Source: the human T2T-CHM13v2.0 reference genome, Homo sapiens. From it: a stretch of 64,000 nucleotides of DNA. Under the pieces are notes generated by a model that had not been told where the DNA came from, did no database searches, and worked only from the letters and a program-made list of their open reading frames with translations. Within the stretch, counting starts at the first letter, position 1. Each line of letters begins with the position of its first letter. The position numbers and the translations under genes were made by a program. Of this stretch, positions 14,957-32,000 are shown piece by piece. The stretch lies in assembly GCF_009914755.1 (NCBI RefSeq), contig NC_060934.1; one strand, given 5' to 3'.

Positions 14957-15708
14957 AACCATCTGAAGATGGAGATATGTTGAAAGATATTAACTGATGA
15001 ATAGACAGTGCTATTCTTGAAAAGTTAAAAATATTGTTAGCAGATAAATTATGAAACTATGAGTGTCTTGAAAAAAATATTCAGGAAGTGACTGAATCCA
15101 CAAAGATGGTCTGAGTGCTTATTACAGGCAAAGGCCTGAGCTAAGAGTGGTTAGGAAGACAAAGACATAGAAAAGCTGAGGCCCTGTCCTTGGAGAGGTT
15201 ATGATGTACACAGTTGGATATTGAAGGCTTACCGTCTTAGCGATGCTTAGGCAAAAGCAGGCGAGCAACTGGCCAGTAGGCTCTGTGCTGTCCCAGAGCC
15301 CATCTTAGGGACTAAACTAGAGCATAGGAAGTTTGAATAAAGTGGGTCAAATTCTAGGGTAGATAACATTTGGAAAGCTATAGAGAATCTGTATCTATCT
15401 ATGGCAAGAAGGAGAAAAGGGTCTGGCAGGTAGGAAGTCAGGTGGAAACAACTACATCCCAGGAGTTGGCTCAGGTAGGCATCTGGAACCCAGGAGGCTG
15501 ATGGCTTTCCAATCACTTCACAATCCAGCAAGACACAGAGATGGCCCTTCTCATCTCTTAGTGGGCGTTATTCTTTCTAAGGGCAGGTTTCCTGTCTGCA
15601 GCCCTGGTGCTGCTTCTTGGGCATGCTCTGGGACATGGTGGCAGCTGGCTGAAGACTAAGGAAACTCACTGCCAAAGGAGCTCACTGATCAGTCACACCG
15701 TTTAGATG

Positions 15709-16009
15709 TTTTTTTTTTTTTTGAGACACGGTCTCACTCTGTTGCCCAGGCTGAATGAGGTGCAGTGGCGCAGTCACAGCTCATTGCAGCCCTGAACTCC
15801 TGGGTTCAAGTGATTCCCCCACCTCAGCCTCCTGAGTAGCTGGGACTACAGGCATGTGCCACCATGCTTTTCTGAATTTGTCTTATTTTTGTAGAGATAG
15901 GGTCTCACTATGTTGCGCAAGCTGGTCTCAAACTCCTGGCCTCAAGCGATCCTCCCGCCTCAGCCTCTTAAACTGTTAGGATTACAGGCGTGAGCCACTG
16001 CATCTGGCC
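15709..16009 (-). mobile_element. Alu (AluJ-like)
   Basis: Antisense dimer. Confidence 0.93.
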
Positions 16010-16069
16010 AATGTCAGCTTTTGAAATGTGTGTTGTGTACCTGCCATGTCTGTGAATAAGATGCTTCAC

Positions 16070-16800
16070 GGTCTTTGTTGGGAATAACCTCTGGTTGAGT
16101 GACAGATATAGACACATCAGCAGATGATTTCCATACAACAAGGCCAATGGTAACTGCAAGAGCTGAAGTCTTCACAGTACCTCGAACACATAAAGAGGGA
16201 CACTCAGCCTAAGTGCCAGGGCCTGTCAGGGAAGGGTTGCTGGAGAAATAATACTTGAGGGATTATAAGAATTTGCCATCTGTAGGTAAGGGAAAGAAGA
16301 GGACATTCAAAGGAGAGAGAGGTGGGTTTTCTATGCATAGGGAAACACTTGAGAAAAAGAGCAGGGTGTAAAGTGTGCTGGGAGCTACGTGGAGCTCCGT
16401 AATGCTAGAGCTTAGGACAGTGTGGAGCAAGGTATGATGAAAGACATCCCCATGGGCAGGGTCCTGAAGAGATCTCCAGCCCATCCATAGTGAGCATGGA
16501 CCATATCTTATGGTGAGCCACTGAAGGATTATAAGTAAGAGAATGATGTTGCCATTTTAACTCACTCTGGTGGAGAAGAGAACCTGATGAGAGGCAGGGA
16601 GATTGGCTGGAAAACAAACTCTTCACACTCAGTGAAAGGTAATAAGCTTGGATCAAAGTCAATGGTAGTAGAGAAGAGAAATGAACAGATTGGAGAAATA
16701 TTTAGGTGGTAAAATCTGTGGTGGGTGAGGGAAAGTGAAATACCTAGGATTTCTCCCAGCTCCCTGGCTGGACTCCTTTGTGTAATTAACATGTAATGTG
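16070..16800 (-). mobile_element. L2 fragment
   Basis: Purine-rich antisense L2 text (gagccactgaaggattataag, tggagaaatatttaggtggtaaaatc). Confidence 0.65.
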
Positions 16801-16880
16801 GGAGTGTGAGCAGGTATGGGTCAGGGATAGGAGAGCTGGGAATACAGGGAGATTTGTATCTCTTAAAAATAATAACTGCT

Positions 16881-17018
16881 GGCAGGGTGCAGTGGTTCAT
16901 GCCTATAATCCCAGCACTTTGGGAGGCCGAGGCAGGAGGATCACTTGAGCCCAGGAGTTTGAGATCAGCCTAGGCAACATAGCAAGACCTTGTTTGTAAA
17001 AAAATAAAAATTAAAAAA
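16881..17018 (+). mobile_element. FLAM_C-like Alu monomer
   Basis: Left monomer with A tail. Confidence 0.88.
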
Positions 17019-18835
17019 ATTTTTAAAAACCTTTTATTATTATAGAAGCAGTATGGGTAGATTGTAGAATGTAAGAAAATGCAGAGAAACCAAATATAAG
17101 ATAATGAAGAGACCTGTGACCCATTGATTATAACTATTACATTCTTAGCGTTTATCCTTCCAAATCTCTTTTCCTAGGAGATCATACTGCATGTGTTGGC
17201 CTGTTAGTTACTTCTTTAAGTGAGCAGTCTCCAACTTTTCCTGTCCGTAAGTTTTCTTCTCACCTTTCTCCTAAAAAATTCCTTTATTCCTGCCTTGTCC
17301 AGGTAAGGTTCTAACCCAGGACCACGAAATGCCCCTGTTATATATCATAGACACTATTTCATACAGCAGAGTCTTTTTCTTCATGATATTGTCTTATTGA
17401 AGAGACAGTGTGTATCTGAGCATCTACCATGGCCAGATGAACTGCAGAATGTCTCACCTTCTTGGGTCTATTTGGAACTGCCTAGAGGAGGTGTCATTTA
17501 GTTTGTTCCTCTATCCTGGAGGAAGATTTTTCCATAGGCACTAGTGAAAAGCAAACAAGTAATAAGCATAGAAAATGACAAGTCTAAATGAAGTATGAAG
17601 ACAGCAAATGCAATAAAATTTCAGAAAAAGGGAAATAATATTAGAGCAGGCCCTTAAGTAGCAGGATAGAATGTGGATCGTTAACCAGGTAGAGATCAAT
17701 TCCAATGAGATAGAACAATGAATAAAGGCTCAGATAAAAGAGAATATAGAACTGTGATCTAATGACTCAGATTAATTCTTTTTATTCAGAGAATGCTGGT
17801 ACTGCTTGCCAAAATTACTGAGTGATAGAAGTAGTTGCTATACTTGTGATTGCTGCTCTATGCAATGGAAAAATTATTGCAAAGAGCATTTTAAAAGGAT
17901 ATCTTGTTTTAGATTATACCACTGAAGAATACTGATTTTCCATCAATTTTACCATCTGAAAGAGTTAAAACAAATGAAATTTATTCAGAAGGTGAATTTG
18001 ATACAGAAACATATTTCTATGTGTTAACCTTCTGATTGTATTTTATTTGGATCACTTAAAGATTTGCTCTGGCCTATAAGTTCAAGGAGGATATAAATCT
18101 TCAGGATATATTGCTTATGTGACCATGCTACTGAAAATTTTTTTTCTGATGAAACCAGAAAGCTTTGAATGAAAATTTTCAGTTAGAAGGTAATCTCACA
18201 GAATAAATGTAGACCCATGCTTCTGAAAATAAATGATATCAAATGTCTGCTCAAATTTACCTTAGTAATTGATGCATTCTTGTAAGATTTGATCATTTAA
18301 ATAAGCAGACCTTTCCATCCTGTTAGTTTGGTAACCTAAGTTCCCACTATAATCTTAACAAGAGGATTTTTTAGATGCTGTCTTAGAATGTGGAGAGATT
18401 TGTGTGTTCCCTTGGTCTCCTTCCCAATTTAGTGAGGATCACTTACATTTCAAACCTTGACCTCATCTTTGCCTTTTCTCCCCCTCATTTTACAGAGCAC
18501 ACCAGTCCTAAAGTAAACCCACTGATTCATCTTAAATTTTTTTTAGTTATCATACTTTATTTTTAGTTCCTATAATGAACACTCATTTCCAGGTGCTCAT
18601 CACATAGGCTATTGTATAGTAATAAATTGACTTCTTTTTTCTGGTTTATTTCATCTTTGCCTACATGCTTTACACCAGAAAAATTATTCTGAAATGCAAA
18701 CATCTGCACACCACTGCCTACTTAAACAAAGACACAGGACATGACCTTCAAAGATTATAAAGCAGAATTCAAATTCTGTTATTCCTACAAAGAAACTTCT
18801 GATTCAGTTTGGCTTGTCTCCTTTTTGCCTTTTGA

Positions 18836-19057
<222 letters not shown>

Positions 19058-19428
19058 TAAGCTTGCTTGTATTTAAACCTTTATCTCATCTATGGAATTT
19101 TTCTTAATGATTTTATGGCAGAGTAATCTCCATCTTCTATGAAATTGCATAATTCAATATATGCATGTCACTCATTTTGATGTTTTATTACTCTTGGCCT
19201 TTTATTACTTATTTTCCTGTGTATGTCTTCATAATCACCTCCACTGAAAATTATTGGAAAAGATGTAACACACTTTTGTATTCTCTGTGGTGCCCCAGGG
19301 GTTGGGAAAATTAATCTAGGCATCTTCTGTCCCATAGCTCACCTCCTGAATCCCGTCACGTTGACCGTAGTGTGTCACTGTGATGGCCAGGCCATCCCCA
19401 ACACTACACTCCTGGAGGAGAGTCATCA

Positions 19429-20059
<631 letters not shown>

Positions 20060-20167
20060 AGAAAAAGCAATCTTGACTGGGGAAGGATGAGAACTTTGCT
20101 GGCTGTATTCCAACACTCCAGACCTGTGGCTTCTGTGTGACTCATACGTGGCTGCCATTTCCCCCTC

Positions 20168-20991
<824 letters not shown>

Positions 20992-20994
20992 TAA

Positions 20995-21345
<351 letters not shown>

Positions 21346-22599
21346 TAGTTTCTAGAAGTCATGAGTCTTTTCATGGAATACCATGAAATATTGATTTAGT
21401 AAACATGTGGAAACTAAATATAATCTTTTGTGTTGAATAAAAAAATGATTTCTTGTAGACAAAAAGGCCTATGCACAATTTATAGCAAGAGTCAAAGTTT
21501 TAAGAAAAAAAAAATACCCGTGTGAAAACCAACAAAGAAGACACTATTATTAACCTAAATTTCTCTTTGAGTTGTGAAAAGGTCATCATTATACGATTTT
21601 TAAAGAGCAGGATATCTTAGTTCTATGCACAAATATCAATATTCTTTGAGAGGCTAGTTTGGGAATGACTTCCTTTTATCAGTGAAAAAAATATATTAAA
21701 AACTGCTGTAAAAAAAAAAAAAGAAAATCTTTACCCTATACTACTACAATGTGTTTACGTATGTTTAAAATTTTTCACAATAAAAAGTTTTAAAAATTAA
21801 AAAAAAAGTGCTGTACTCTTGCCTTTCTCATGATTCACATAGGAAGAGAAACTAAATCCTGAGTTTGTATACCACAAACGAGCTGAAAAAACATAGGTAA
21901 CTGTGGGATTTATCTTGTAGCCTCAAACATTCCAAGCAATAGAGAATGTTAATTGGGGGATTTCACAAACAAACAAACAAACAAACAAATGAAAGGAAAC
22001 ACCTCCGTTAAATGATGCTCTTTAAAACTGACTAATAACTAATACTCATTTCAGATGAGGGCTCTGCTATAAAAAGGTCTATATCCCATGATGTATTTCT
22101 TGTACCAGTGCTATAGGTTAAAAACCTTTGGTTTTATGGGAATTCATTTCCTATTAAGTATTTCTTTTAAAACAAAATATGTGCTCTTGTTTAAAAGGGC
22201 CAATCGTTTTAGTTTTCCATCATCTGAGTTAAAATGTCTTGGGACTTTTTATCCCCCCAAAATATAAAATTTCCCAAGAAATTAAACTGAAGTTAAAAAA
22301 AAATACCCCAACAACCTTGCAGATCAGACATATGGAAAAATGTTAATATATCTTTTTAAAATTTACCAAGAAAAAATTGCTACCGGGATTTTTAAAATGT
22401 GACAAATAGATACTTCACTGCATAAATGACTACAATAACATCTATTTCTATCTTCAAAAAAAGTGATTTTTCTTCTATAAGAAGTCCACTTCCATTAGCA
22501 AAGTAAAATTCTTCTAACCTTAAACTTTGAAGTAGGCTAGTCTTAAATCTGATTAAAGGAAAAAAATTTGATATGTCATAGCTTTGTCTCCTTGTCTAT

Positions 22600-22645
22600 T
22601 TTACATTACATTACATTAGGTATTACATTACATAAGTTACATTAA
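22600..22645. repeat. (TTACA)n short tandem repeat
   Basis: ttacattacattacatta... Confidence 0.75.
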
Positions 22646-23989
22646 TAATTTATTCATCTAGCAATGTAAGAGTATGTGTTCCAGGGAAATTTTCTAGATA
22701 GCTCAAACTTACCATTATGCATCCAGCTATATAAATCAAATCAAAACAAAACAAGAAGTTTTTAAAAATGAATATATCTTGAATGTAAAGGGGCATACAA
22801 TTTAACCTTTCCTCAGTGTCTTAGGGTCCTCATTATGAATGTCAGGTAAGGTGAAATACTGAAATAAAATGATATCCCCAGAGACAAAGGAGGTGTGTAC
22901 AACTATTGCATGACACGAAATGGCCCCAGACTATTCTGCCTTGACACCTGAGTTCTTCTGTTTTTTTCTCATAAGCTTCTACTTCTAAAGTTACCCCAAC
23001 CTTTCCTTTGTCAAAGGGTTCCAGAGTTCATCTTTACCATGGCTTACTTCTGGGTTCTCGGTTGGGTTCTATGTCCTTCATGGTTCTATTTGTGATATAC
23101 TAGGAAGGGGAGATGTTATGGTCCTTTCTCCTTCTCCGGATCTCTCCTGTTTGAAGAAATAAGTCAACCGATGCTTTATAGAAACAGGTATTTAAATAAA
23201 CTCATTGATTTTTGAAGGAAGTGGGGAGATGGCAGGCAAATATATCTTGTAGAATCCACATTGTGTGGAACCTGCTGTTAGCATCTCAGCAAACTCAACA
23301 AGAACTGAGTCAGTGAACAGACCTTCAAATGTGGAACTACTCTGGAGACCTGAGACCCATCTATAACTGTCTTTCTCTCTCATCTGGTTCCAAATCCCTT
23401 CCCTAAGAATCTACTCAAAGTTAGATATTCAAGGCAGAGTAGTGACTTCATAAGCAGAGAGGTAGAGGCAGTACAAGGGAACGTCACTATCCTTTAAAAG
23501 ACAACCGATCATCTCAAAGTCCTTGCTGGCAGGGGAGTTGCCACTGAGGAGGAGCAGTTGACCCAGAATTCTTCATCCTGAGTTTCTCTTCCCAGGCCCC
23601 CATGTGCTGATCTTGTGGAGACACGGTTCCTCTCTGACTCTGGCCCAAGCCTCGGTACAGCCTGGGGACTTGATATCCACAGCACAGTTGAGCCATTGCA
23701 GGGGCTTGCAAAAGATTTGATAATAGATGTGACACCTTTCTATCTACTTGTCTCACTTGACTTGGAGCTTCTCGAAGGCAGAGACTGGATGTATCTCAAG
23801 CACATAATGATCAATGGTCCTTCCTCATCAAATGTTTGTTAGGGACGCAAGCTGCAGTGGGTCCTTTTGGGAATTTCTTCTTTTTTGTTCAATTTAGCAC
23901 TGAATACAGATATTGACACAAGGTGAGGCTACCTAGAATTACTGTTAATCTGATAAATTTAGCTTTAGTGCATCAATTTTGTTTTCGTT

Positions 23990-24175
<186 letters not shown>

Positions 24176-25107
24176 TAAAATAAGAAAATCTTTGATGTTC
24201 ATGAGATGGAAAGTGATAATGGTCAGAATAAATATTTCAAAGTATACACATTTACCTCAATTAACTTTTGTTTTAAACACAACAGAGATGATACTGAAGT
24301 GTAGATGCTTATATTAGAGATGCTTAATATTTTTTAATCAATAAATCAAAATGAGGAGGAGCTTGAAGGATCTTTGCTTCACTTAATTCTAATGATTGTT
24401 CTATAATAGTAAGTTCCACACCATAGCCTTAGAGAAGTTACCACTTGATTAAATTTTGTAGCTGAAGGATGAATTTTTAATGTTTTCCACTATAGTTAGC
24501 CCCAATTCACTCCAGTTTAGAATGAGATTTTAGTCTAACATTAGGAAAGGGAGGTTTAAATTCCATCTGGACACACAGAAAGTGCTTGGATAGACTTGTA
24601 GGGGGGAAAAAGTGGTTTTAGTTGTTTGCCGCAAACTATTAAGATGTTTAAACAGATGGTGATCACAGTCACATGTCCTGGTGAAATGGAATTTCCTTTT
24701 CATAAATTCCTTGCAGCTTCCTCCTGATTATAAGAGGCTCATGACTTGGATTATCAGATTTTTATATACTTCCACATCTGCAATGATATAGAGGCTGCCC
24801 CAGCACTGGCCTCAGACAAGTTTAAAGCCATTTTGCAAATTCTTTCAAGGCTGGCTAACACAACTTGATCCCACCACCCCACCTCTGAAACCTTTTAACC
24901 TGTAATGGTTTCTCCTCTTTCTGCTGGGCTTTTCTACAGATATTCTGTTATATACAGCACTGGGACAACACCAATACAAATTTCACTTAAAAAAAATAAA
25001 TTTAACTATGCCTAGTTATTTATAATTTTTAACAAAAATTGTTTTCCTTCTTCCCTTTCACCTTCTCTTTAAAGATGTTTCCCTGATGCCCTTTCTGATT
25101 TCGTTAG

Positions 25108-25434
<327 letters not shown>

Positions 25435-25656
25435 TGCATTACTTCTTTATCTTCCCTGTGACCTAGCTTTTGAGTAACAAGTTCCGACTATTGAGTATTA
25501 TATTTTTCAAAGAGGAAGAGAGTCTGAGAGTTCACTATAAAACAGTTCTAGCTCTCATTCTACATATATTTAGATGAACACAAACTAAGTTCTATAAATA
25601 CATAAGGTGGTAGATAGGGTTATTTAGCCCTTTAATAGTTCTAAATAACAGTTCGT

Positions 25657-25790
25657 GCTAGGTGCAGTGGCTCACATCTGTAATCCCAGCACTTTGGAAG
25701 GCTGAGGAGAAAAGATCCCTTGAGGCCAGGAGTTCGAGACCAGCCTGGGCAACATGGTGAGAGTCCATCTCTATAAAAATAAACTAAAAT
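25657..25790 (+). mobile_element. FLAM-like Alu monomer
   Basis: Left monomer. Confidence 0.85.
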
Positions 25791-26004
25791 GAAAATACCA
25801 TAGTGTCTTAATTTTAAAAAGAAACAAAAACATTTCACTTCTCCCTTAAATGCAAGGTTGTAGATTTGTGTACTTGGAAAGTTTGTGAAATATTCCATAA
25901 GTGTAAGGAGAAAGTGAAATTTGGAAGTTTATTGTGGAACCAGCTTTTTGTGATTTTATGATAGATGGAGAAGCATTCATGTACTGGCTTTCCTGTCACG
26001 GTGT

Positions 26005-26200
26005 CTTTTTATAAGCCAGGCACTGTCCTAGGCACTTTGCGTACATTATTTCATTTATTTATCATAACAGTCCTACAGAGAAGGCGCTATTGTTACCCAC
26101 ATTTCAATAGGTTAAATAACTTACTTAAGATCTGAATGGTGTGGACAGCTAGAAAGCTCCAGGCACAGGACTCCATTCAGATCAGAGTAAAGCCACAGCT
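26005..26200. mobile_element. MIR
   Basis: gccaggcactgtcctaggcactttgcgtacattatttcattt...ggttaaataactt. Confidence 0.75.
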
Positions 26201-26905
26201 TGTACTTTGTCCCATTGGGCCACATTGCCCATGTGCTGTGAGCTGACTCATTTCTCTTCTCATTGTGTCTCAGATGCCTGAAATATTACTAACTGAGATT
26301 TATTCTTTTATGTTAATGCATAGTCCCTAGTTAAAATACTAATCCTTTGGGTGGGTCAACAGGTTAAGCTGTCTTAGTCATTAATAACATTTAGTGTGAG
26401 CTGATGCATTAGATTCTTTCTACTGTGATTAACTTCAGCTAAAAATAGCAGGGAACTAGTAAAAGACAAACCATTCTCCACTAGGTGAAGATAGGTGTGT
26501 CCTTCTTTTGGCTTATGGGGATTGCTGATTTCATATCAACAGGAATTTCATATTTTACTAGTTATTGGATTAGGTGCCATTTTTGCGATATGATTTCATA
26601 TGTAGCCTCTCGGAATAATTGAATTAAATACTTTGAAGTGTGTGAAGCCAGTGAACAAACCTTTATTTGAAGACTAACGTTCAACTTTGGTGTTCAGCTT
26701 TGTAGAAAACCAAACAAAACCTTCTTCATTTTTAGCTTAAGTCTCCCAAAAGTGGGATTTAAAAGGTAACCCAGCTTTTTACGAGAAACTGATCATGGTG
26801 TTGGCTCATGTTGCGATTTCCAATCTGTTTTAAATTGGGATTAATGGCTCCTTCTTTTAGGGCAGCATTTCAGTTGTATCTGCATAGCTTTCCCTAGAAA
26901 ATCTG

Positions 26906-27209
<304 letters not shown>

Positions 27210-28599
27210 TTACATATTATTTTTAAATGGCATTTTAAGGCACTCCCACTGACAATTTTGTTAGAAGGCAGAAATATCAAGTGAAGGATAGAAATGAAAA
27301 TGAACTAAGTGAACAATTGGCAACGTTTCATTTCCTTCCCAAGCAATGGAGACAGATGACCTCCAGCTCACAGTGCTCACAATTCCCCCTCAGGCCACGT
27401 CTGTGCCACTTGTCACCTCCTGCACCGCTTTCAACACTTGCTGCTGCCCTTGGCCACAGCACAGGTATGGGCAAGTGAGGAAAGATGGGGGGCTCACAGC
27501 ACCTCACCCTACCTGGCTTCAGGGGTGGGTTAAGATTGTTTCTACTTAAGAACCATGGCAACAGTTTGTGTTAACTGGATCAACGTAATTCCCTTGTTAT
27601 AATTAAACAAAAAAGTTTTAAAAAAATTTAAATTCAAGGAATCTGGCCAACAAGTTGGGTGTTTCTGAGAGGTATTATTAACTGGTCTGACCACTTCAGG
27701 CACTAAAATCGTGGCTGAAACATTCAGTCATGGTACACTCAGGCCAGATTGTTATTGACAACAATGCCTGAAAGGGTTTCATTTTACCTTGGACCTTGGA
27801 AGGCAACAAAAGAACAAATTGAAATGGACAGAACCCAAACAGCTCAGTGTCATTGAACATTAGAATTGTACAACTCATACCTCTTGTTCTGATTCTAGGC
27901 TTACGGATGTTCCCACAAACTGGTTTTCCATATTGTTCACATATGGGGTGGGGGCTGGAAATGCTGGTATCATTCATGATAAATGAACCAATTGGCCTGC
28001 TGGTTTATTAACTTCCTCTCTTGTGAAGTTGGTTGGTCTGAGTCCCTGAGCCCAGTCAACCCTGGAGAGTGACAGGAATGCATTTGCAAGTGTACGACTT
28101 GGGCTGTGTCCTGGACAATGATGAATTGGAACTAGCGTCACTTGGGTGATCAATCAGTTGCCCTTCCCCCAGGAGACTACCCCAGAGGTGACTGCTCACT
28201 TCCGTTTAAAACTTTTATACCAAGGTCTTAGATCTCAGAACAATAATAGTGTGTCCTCACTGATTCATCCCAGCAAGAATGTGTGATTCAGTCAGCTGTT
28301 TGGGTAAGAAGAAAATTGTCCCATGCAAATTATCTGCAAAGGTATATTAAAAGGAAAAGAGAAAAAATGTTTTGAACCAAATTATACTACATGACTGGCA
28401 TAATTGTCTCAAGCGGACACAACCCTAATCGCTGAGTCTGAATATTATTCCATTTATAAAATGAAGAGGATACTAATTACCTAAACTAGTCATTATATCT
28501 AAAATTATTTTACGCAGTGTTGTGAATAAGCCCAGGAAGAAAAGCACCACTTAAGAACAAGGTAAGAAAGCATGATTCCACAGATTCAAACGATCATTT

Positions 28600-28729
28600 T
28601 GGGAACACCTATGATCTAGTCATGTGCTCTGCCAAGTGCTTTTGCCTGTCATTTCCCTTCATCCTGAGAACGACTCAGTGAAGTGGCTATCACTCGCATT
28701 TCACCAATGAAGAAACTAAGGAATGATTT
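28600..28729. mobile_element. MIR, left part (continues at ~34860-34940 beyond the provirus)
   Basis: tgaagaaactaagg...|...tagtaactcgaataaggtca...tggcagaaccaaattttaaaccca follows the MIR core. Confidence 0.65.
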
Positions 28730-29065
28730 TGTTGCAGGACTTTTCCTTAGTTCAGCTAAAGATCGGATTCTTGTCTCTCCCACAGCCATGAAAATTTAGG
28801 CTCGCAGATGGTTTAAAGGGTGAGTAAAGCAGGGTTTTATTGGGTGAAAAGGGGAAAAAAAAAAGGGGAAACAGGGACTCTCACAAGGCCAGAGTCCCTC
28901 TGCTAGAGCACTTCCCGCCAGGCCATTTGAATCCCAGGTTCTGCACAGGAAGAGGAGGGGCCACGGCCTCCCCGCTGCAAAGGGCGTAAACTTCCCTACC
29001 CTCCACCTTAGAGGGCGGGCTGGTTGGAGTTTCCCCAGGGATTCCCCTCCCACCTGGCTGCCTCA
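28730..29065 (-). mobile_element. MER61-type LTR (3' LTR of provirus)
   Basis: Minus strand TGAGGCAGCCAGGTGGG...AATAAA...CTAAGGAAAAGTCCTGCAACA; purine-rich PPT-like agagcagggaa adjacent. Confidence 0.85.
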
Positions 29066-32000
29066 TTCCCTGCTCTAAAGAAGTACACCTAACTGCCCTT
29101 AGATTAAGGATAAGGACAAAGACCGATCTTAACTGCTTCCTACTGACAGGAGGCTCTGTTTTGGGGAAAAGGCAGTCAGAGCTCCCTCAGAGGGAGCTAT
29201 CAGCTCCTATCTAAGGGTTCCTGGCAGAAGGGGCCATTGTCAGAGGCTCTGGTTGCATGACCGTTTGGAGTCTGATGGCCTGAAGGCAAGAACAGACAAA
29301 CCAGTTTATTAGAAAACATGTATCAAAACAAAACAAGGGGAGGGGTAAGGACAGCTCAAAAAGCTTTTACCAGTTTGCACAGGGAGGGAAAGTCCAAACG
29401 CCTGACTGGTAAAGACACTTTACCCTTTTGCCACGATGTTGGGCTTCTGGGTTCCCTTCCCCCGAGTCCAATCCTAAGCCAACCAGTTTAAGGTTTGGGA
29501 AATTAACAGTTTGGAGGATGCATCTGAGGGGAGTGTCCCGTAGTAAGGAGAGACACAATTACCTATCAGTGAAGGGAGAACCGAGGAGAAGAAAGGAAAA
29601 AGAACGTGTTTTTAAGGGAGTCCCAAGGATCCAGGATGCATTTGAAAGGGGTACAGACTGAAGATGAATGGCTACCCATCTAGAAAGAGGGGAGCAGGCA
29701 TCCTTGGTTCCCTTCTCTTCCTAGCAGATACCCGGGGCAAGTAAGGGAGAGAGGGAAGAGCGTCCTCTTTACATCTCGCATCCTTGCAGCCCCGAGCCCT
29801 GGAGACCTTGGCAGGCACCACCATGAATGCCAAAGCGGCTTGCACCCATGAAGCAGGGGGTCCCAGAGAATAGGAATTATCCATTTTCACCTATGCCCCT
29901 ATCCCACCTACTGTCAGTAGCCTCGGAGTTCCCTGGACCTCATTTATGCCATGGATACTAACGTGGCCTTTATCCATGAAACAGGAAGCTTGGGGTTGGC
30001 TTAATCGGCAAGAAACAGCTACGCTCACCTACGCTGTGCCTTTTAATCTCTGCTGCCATCTGCCTCTGGATCGCTCAGATCCAGTTTTCTTTCCAGGGCT
30101 TTGACCCAAAGCTTGAAATTGAGTCTGGGACAAAAATGTGTCTTAGGGGGTATTGCATGGACTCCTTGTTATAAGCCGAATGCTACGGTGAAACTGTGGA
30201 ACTGAGTCCTCTTCCAAGGGAGAGAAAAGGATGTCTTGTGACACACCCAGATAACCGGCGGCTATAGTTATGCTTGCTAGGATTTGGATGGATGATGCTT
30301 GGCTTTGTTTAGTTCCCTTGGTTTTACTTTCCCAAAAAGGAAACCTCCAGGTGATGGGCACCCTATTTATTCCATCACCTGGCAGGATTTGCAGGATAAT
30401 TGCTCAGAACTAGAATATTGATCCGGATTTCTACATTACCCATCCCTCTTGTTCTTTCTGACCTGCAGCCAGGGATTGCTGGTTGGTTCAGAGGAGCAAG
30501 CAGGGTTAGTCTGAAATGTAGGTGAAAACTTAAAAACAACTAATGATTTTAGGATTTAATGACAAATGTATGGTAAGCTTTAGAACATAATTTCTCTCTC
30601 TCCAGTCCTTATTTTTGTTAAAAAAAATTATGATAGGACTGAGTGGTTTGCAAAATAGACTTTAGTCTTATACTTGGCCTGATTATTTGCTTAAAATGCA
30701 GCAAGAATAACTATTTCTGCATAGGCCTTTTGGATTGGCTTTGTTGGAAATGTTTTCCACAAGGAATCACAGATGAGACCTTTTTAAAGCTGAGCCGAGC
30801 CATAGGTTTGCATCCTCAAATACCCGTGAGTTGGGTGATCCACTCCTCTTAAGGTTCCAAGATAAACTTGGAGCTCCTGGACCTGTTAGAAAGTGACATT
30901 CTTTAGTGACCACAGGTCAGGGACCCTTTATAGGGACTGCATAGACAAGGGAATGAGGCCAGTTTCCCTATGGGGCTTTTATTGGCTCTGCAAGTTGAGC
31001 TTGACTCCTTAAAGGGAAGCATATCCTTCCAGTGAAAGCCTTGGTAGAATAACTACTTTCTCCAATTGTGTCCTGTTGCAAAAGAAAAATGGACTCTTAT
31101 TGCACTGATGCAAACAAATATATTGCCATAAGAATACTCACAGATAGTTTCCAAATTCTAGAGGAACCAGGCAGAGAGAGACAAACATGCTTCAAATTTT
31201 GTTCATAGGAGTATGCTTTACTCAATTATTAAAGGCTGTAAATAGTTCAAAATAAGTTTCCTTGACTGAAAAAACATGGATTAGCCATATTCCAACCAAA
31301 AGTCAAAAAAGTTACTTCAGCGTCCTGAGTTCAGTCCATTTAGTTAACTCTTGTTTTGCTTCATATTTGTGAGCATTTCAGTTCTTCGTGAGTCCTGTGC
31401 ATTTTCCTGTATTCCAATGTTACTATATCCAAATTCATCATAAACCTGCATTTCAGAGCAGCTGTCAAAGTCTTACAGCTTACTATAAACCATCTTTTGA
31501 AAAGGATTAAAATAAGACAACAACTCTCTGTCAATAGCAACATGTCCAGGGTAATTACAGTTAGAAACAAAAATGACAAAGAAGTTTGATTATCTCCATG
31601 GTTTACAATAACTCAACAAAACCTTAATTATAATTGATAGCATATACTCAGACATCAGAATTTTAGAAATCCCATATAATTTTGCAACATATATTAGAAT
31701 TATTCAGCAAGATATACCTTAAAGAACATTGAGCATCATTTTGGCAATCCCATGTATCTAAACATATCAAATAATCCTGTTTATCTCTCTTTTCTGGACA
31801 CTTCAGGGGCCCTCTGAAGTATTTGAAAAGACAGGTGCTAGGGAAGATAATTTTGAAACTGAGGTTTGATTTTGGGAAGGATGTTGAATGTTTGAGGTTT
31901 AAAACACTTGATATTATGAAATACAATTCCAGATTACTATAAGTTATTTACTTTGCCAAAATGATGACTCAGAAATTTTAAAGAAGCAAAAGCCTTTTTT

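Noticed and set aside
22817-22845. Possible 29-nt microexon (cctcAG...cag|GTAAGG)
   Set aside because: Short pyrimidine tract, not a multiple of 3, and such pairs are common by chance. No transcript evidence.
28518-28561. Possible 44-nt exon (cgcAG...aag|GTAAGA)
   Set aside because: Weak acceptor and stops in all three frames.
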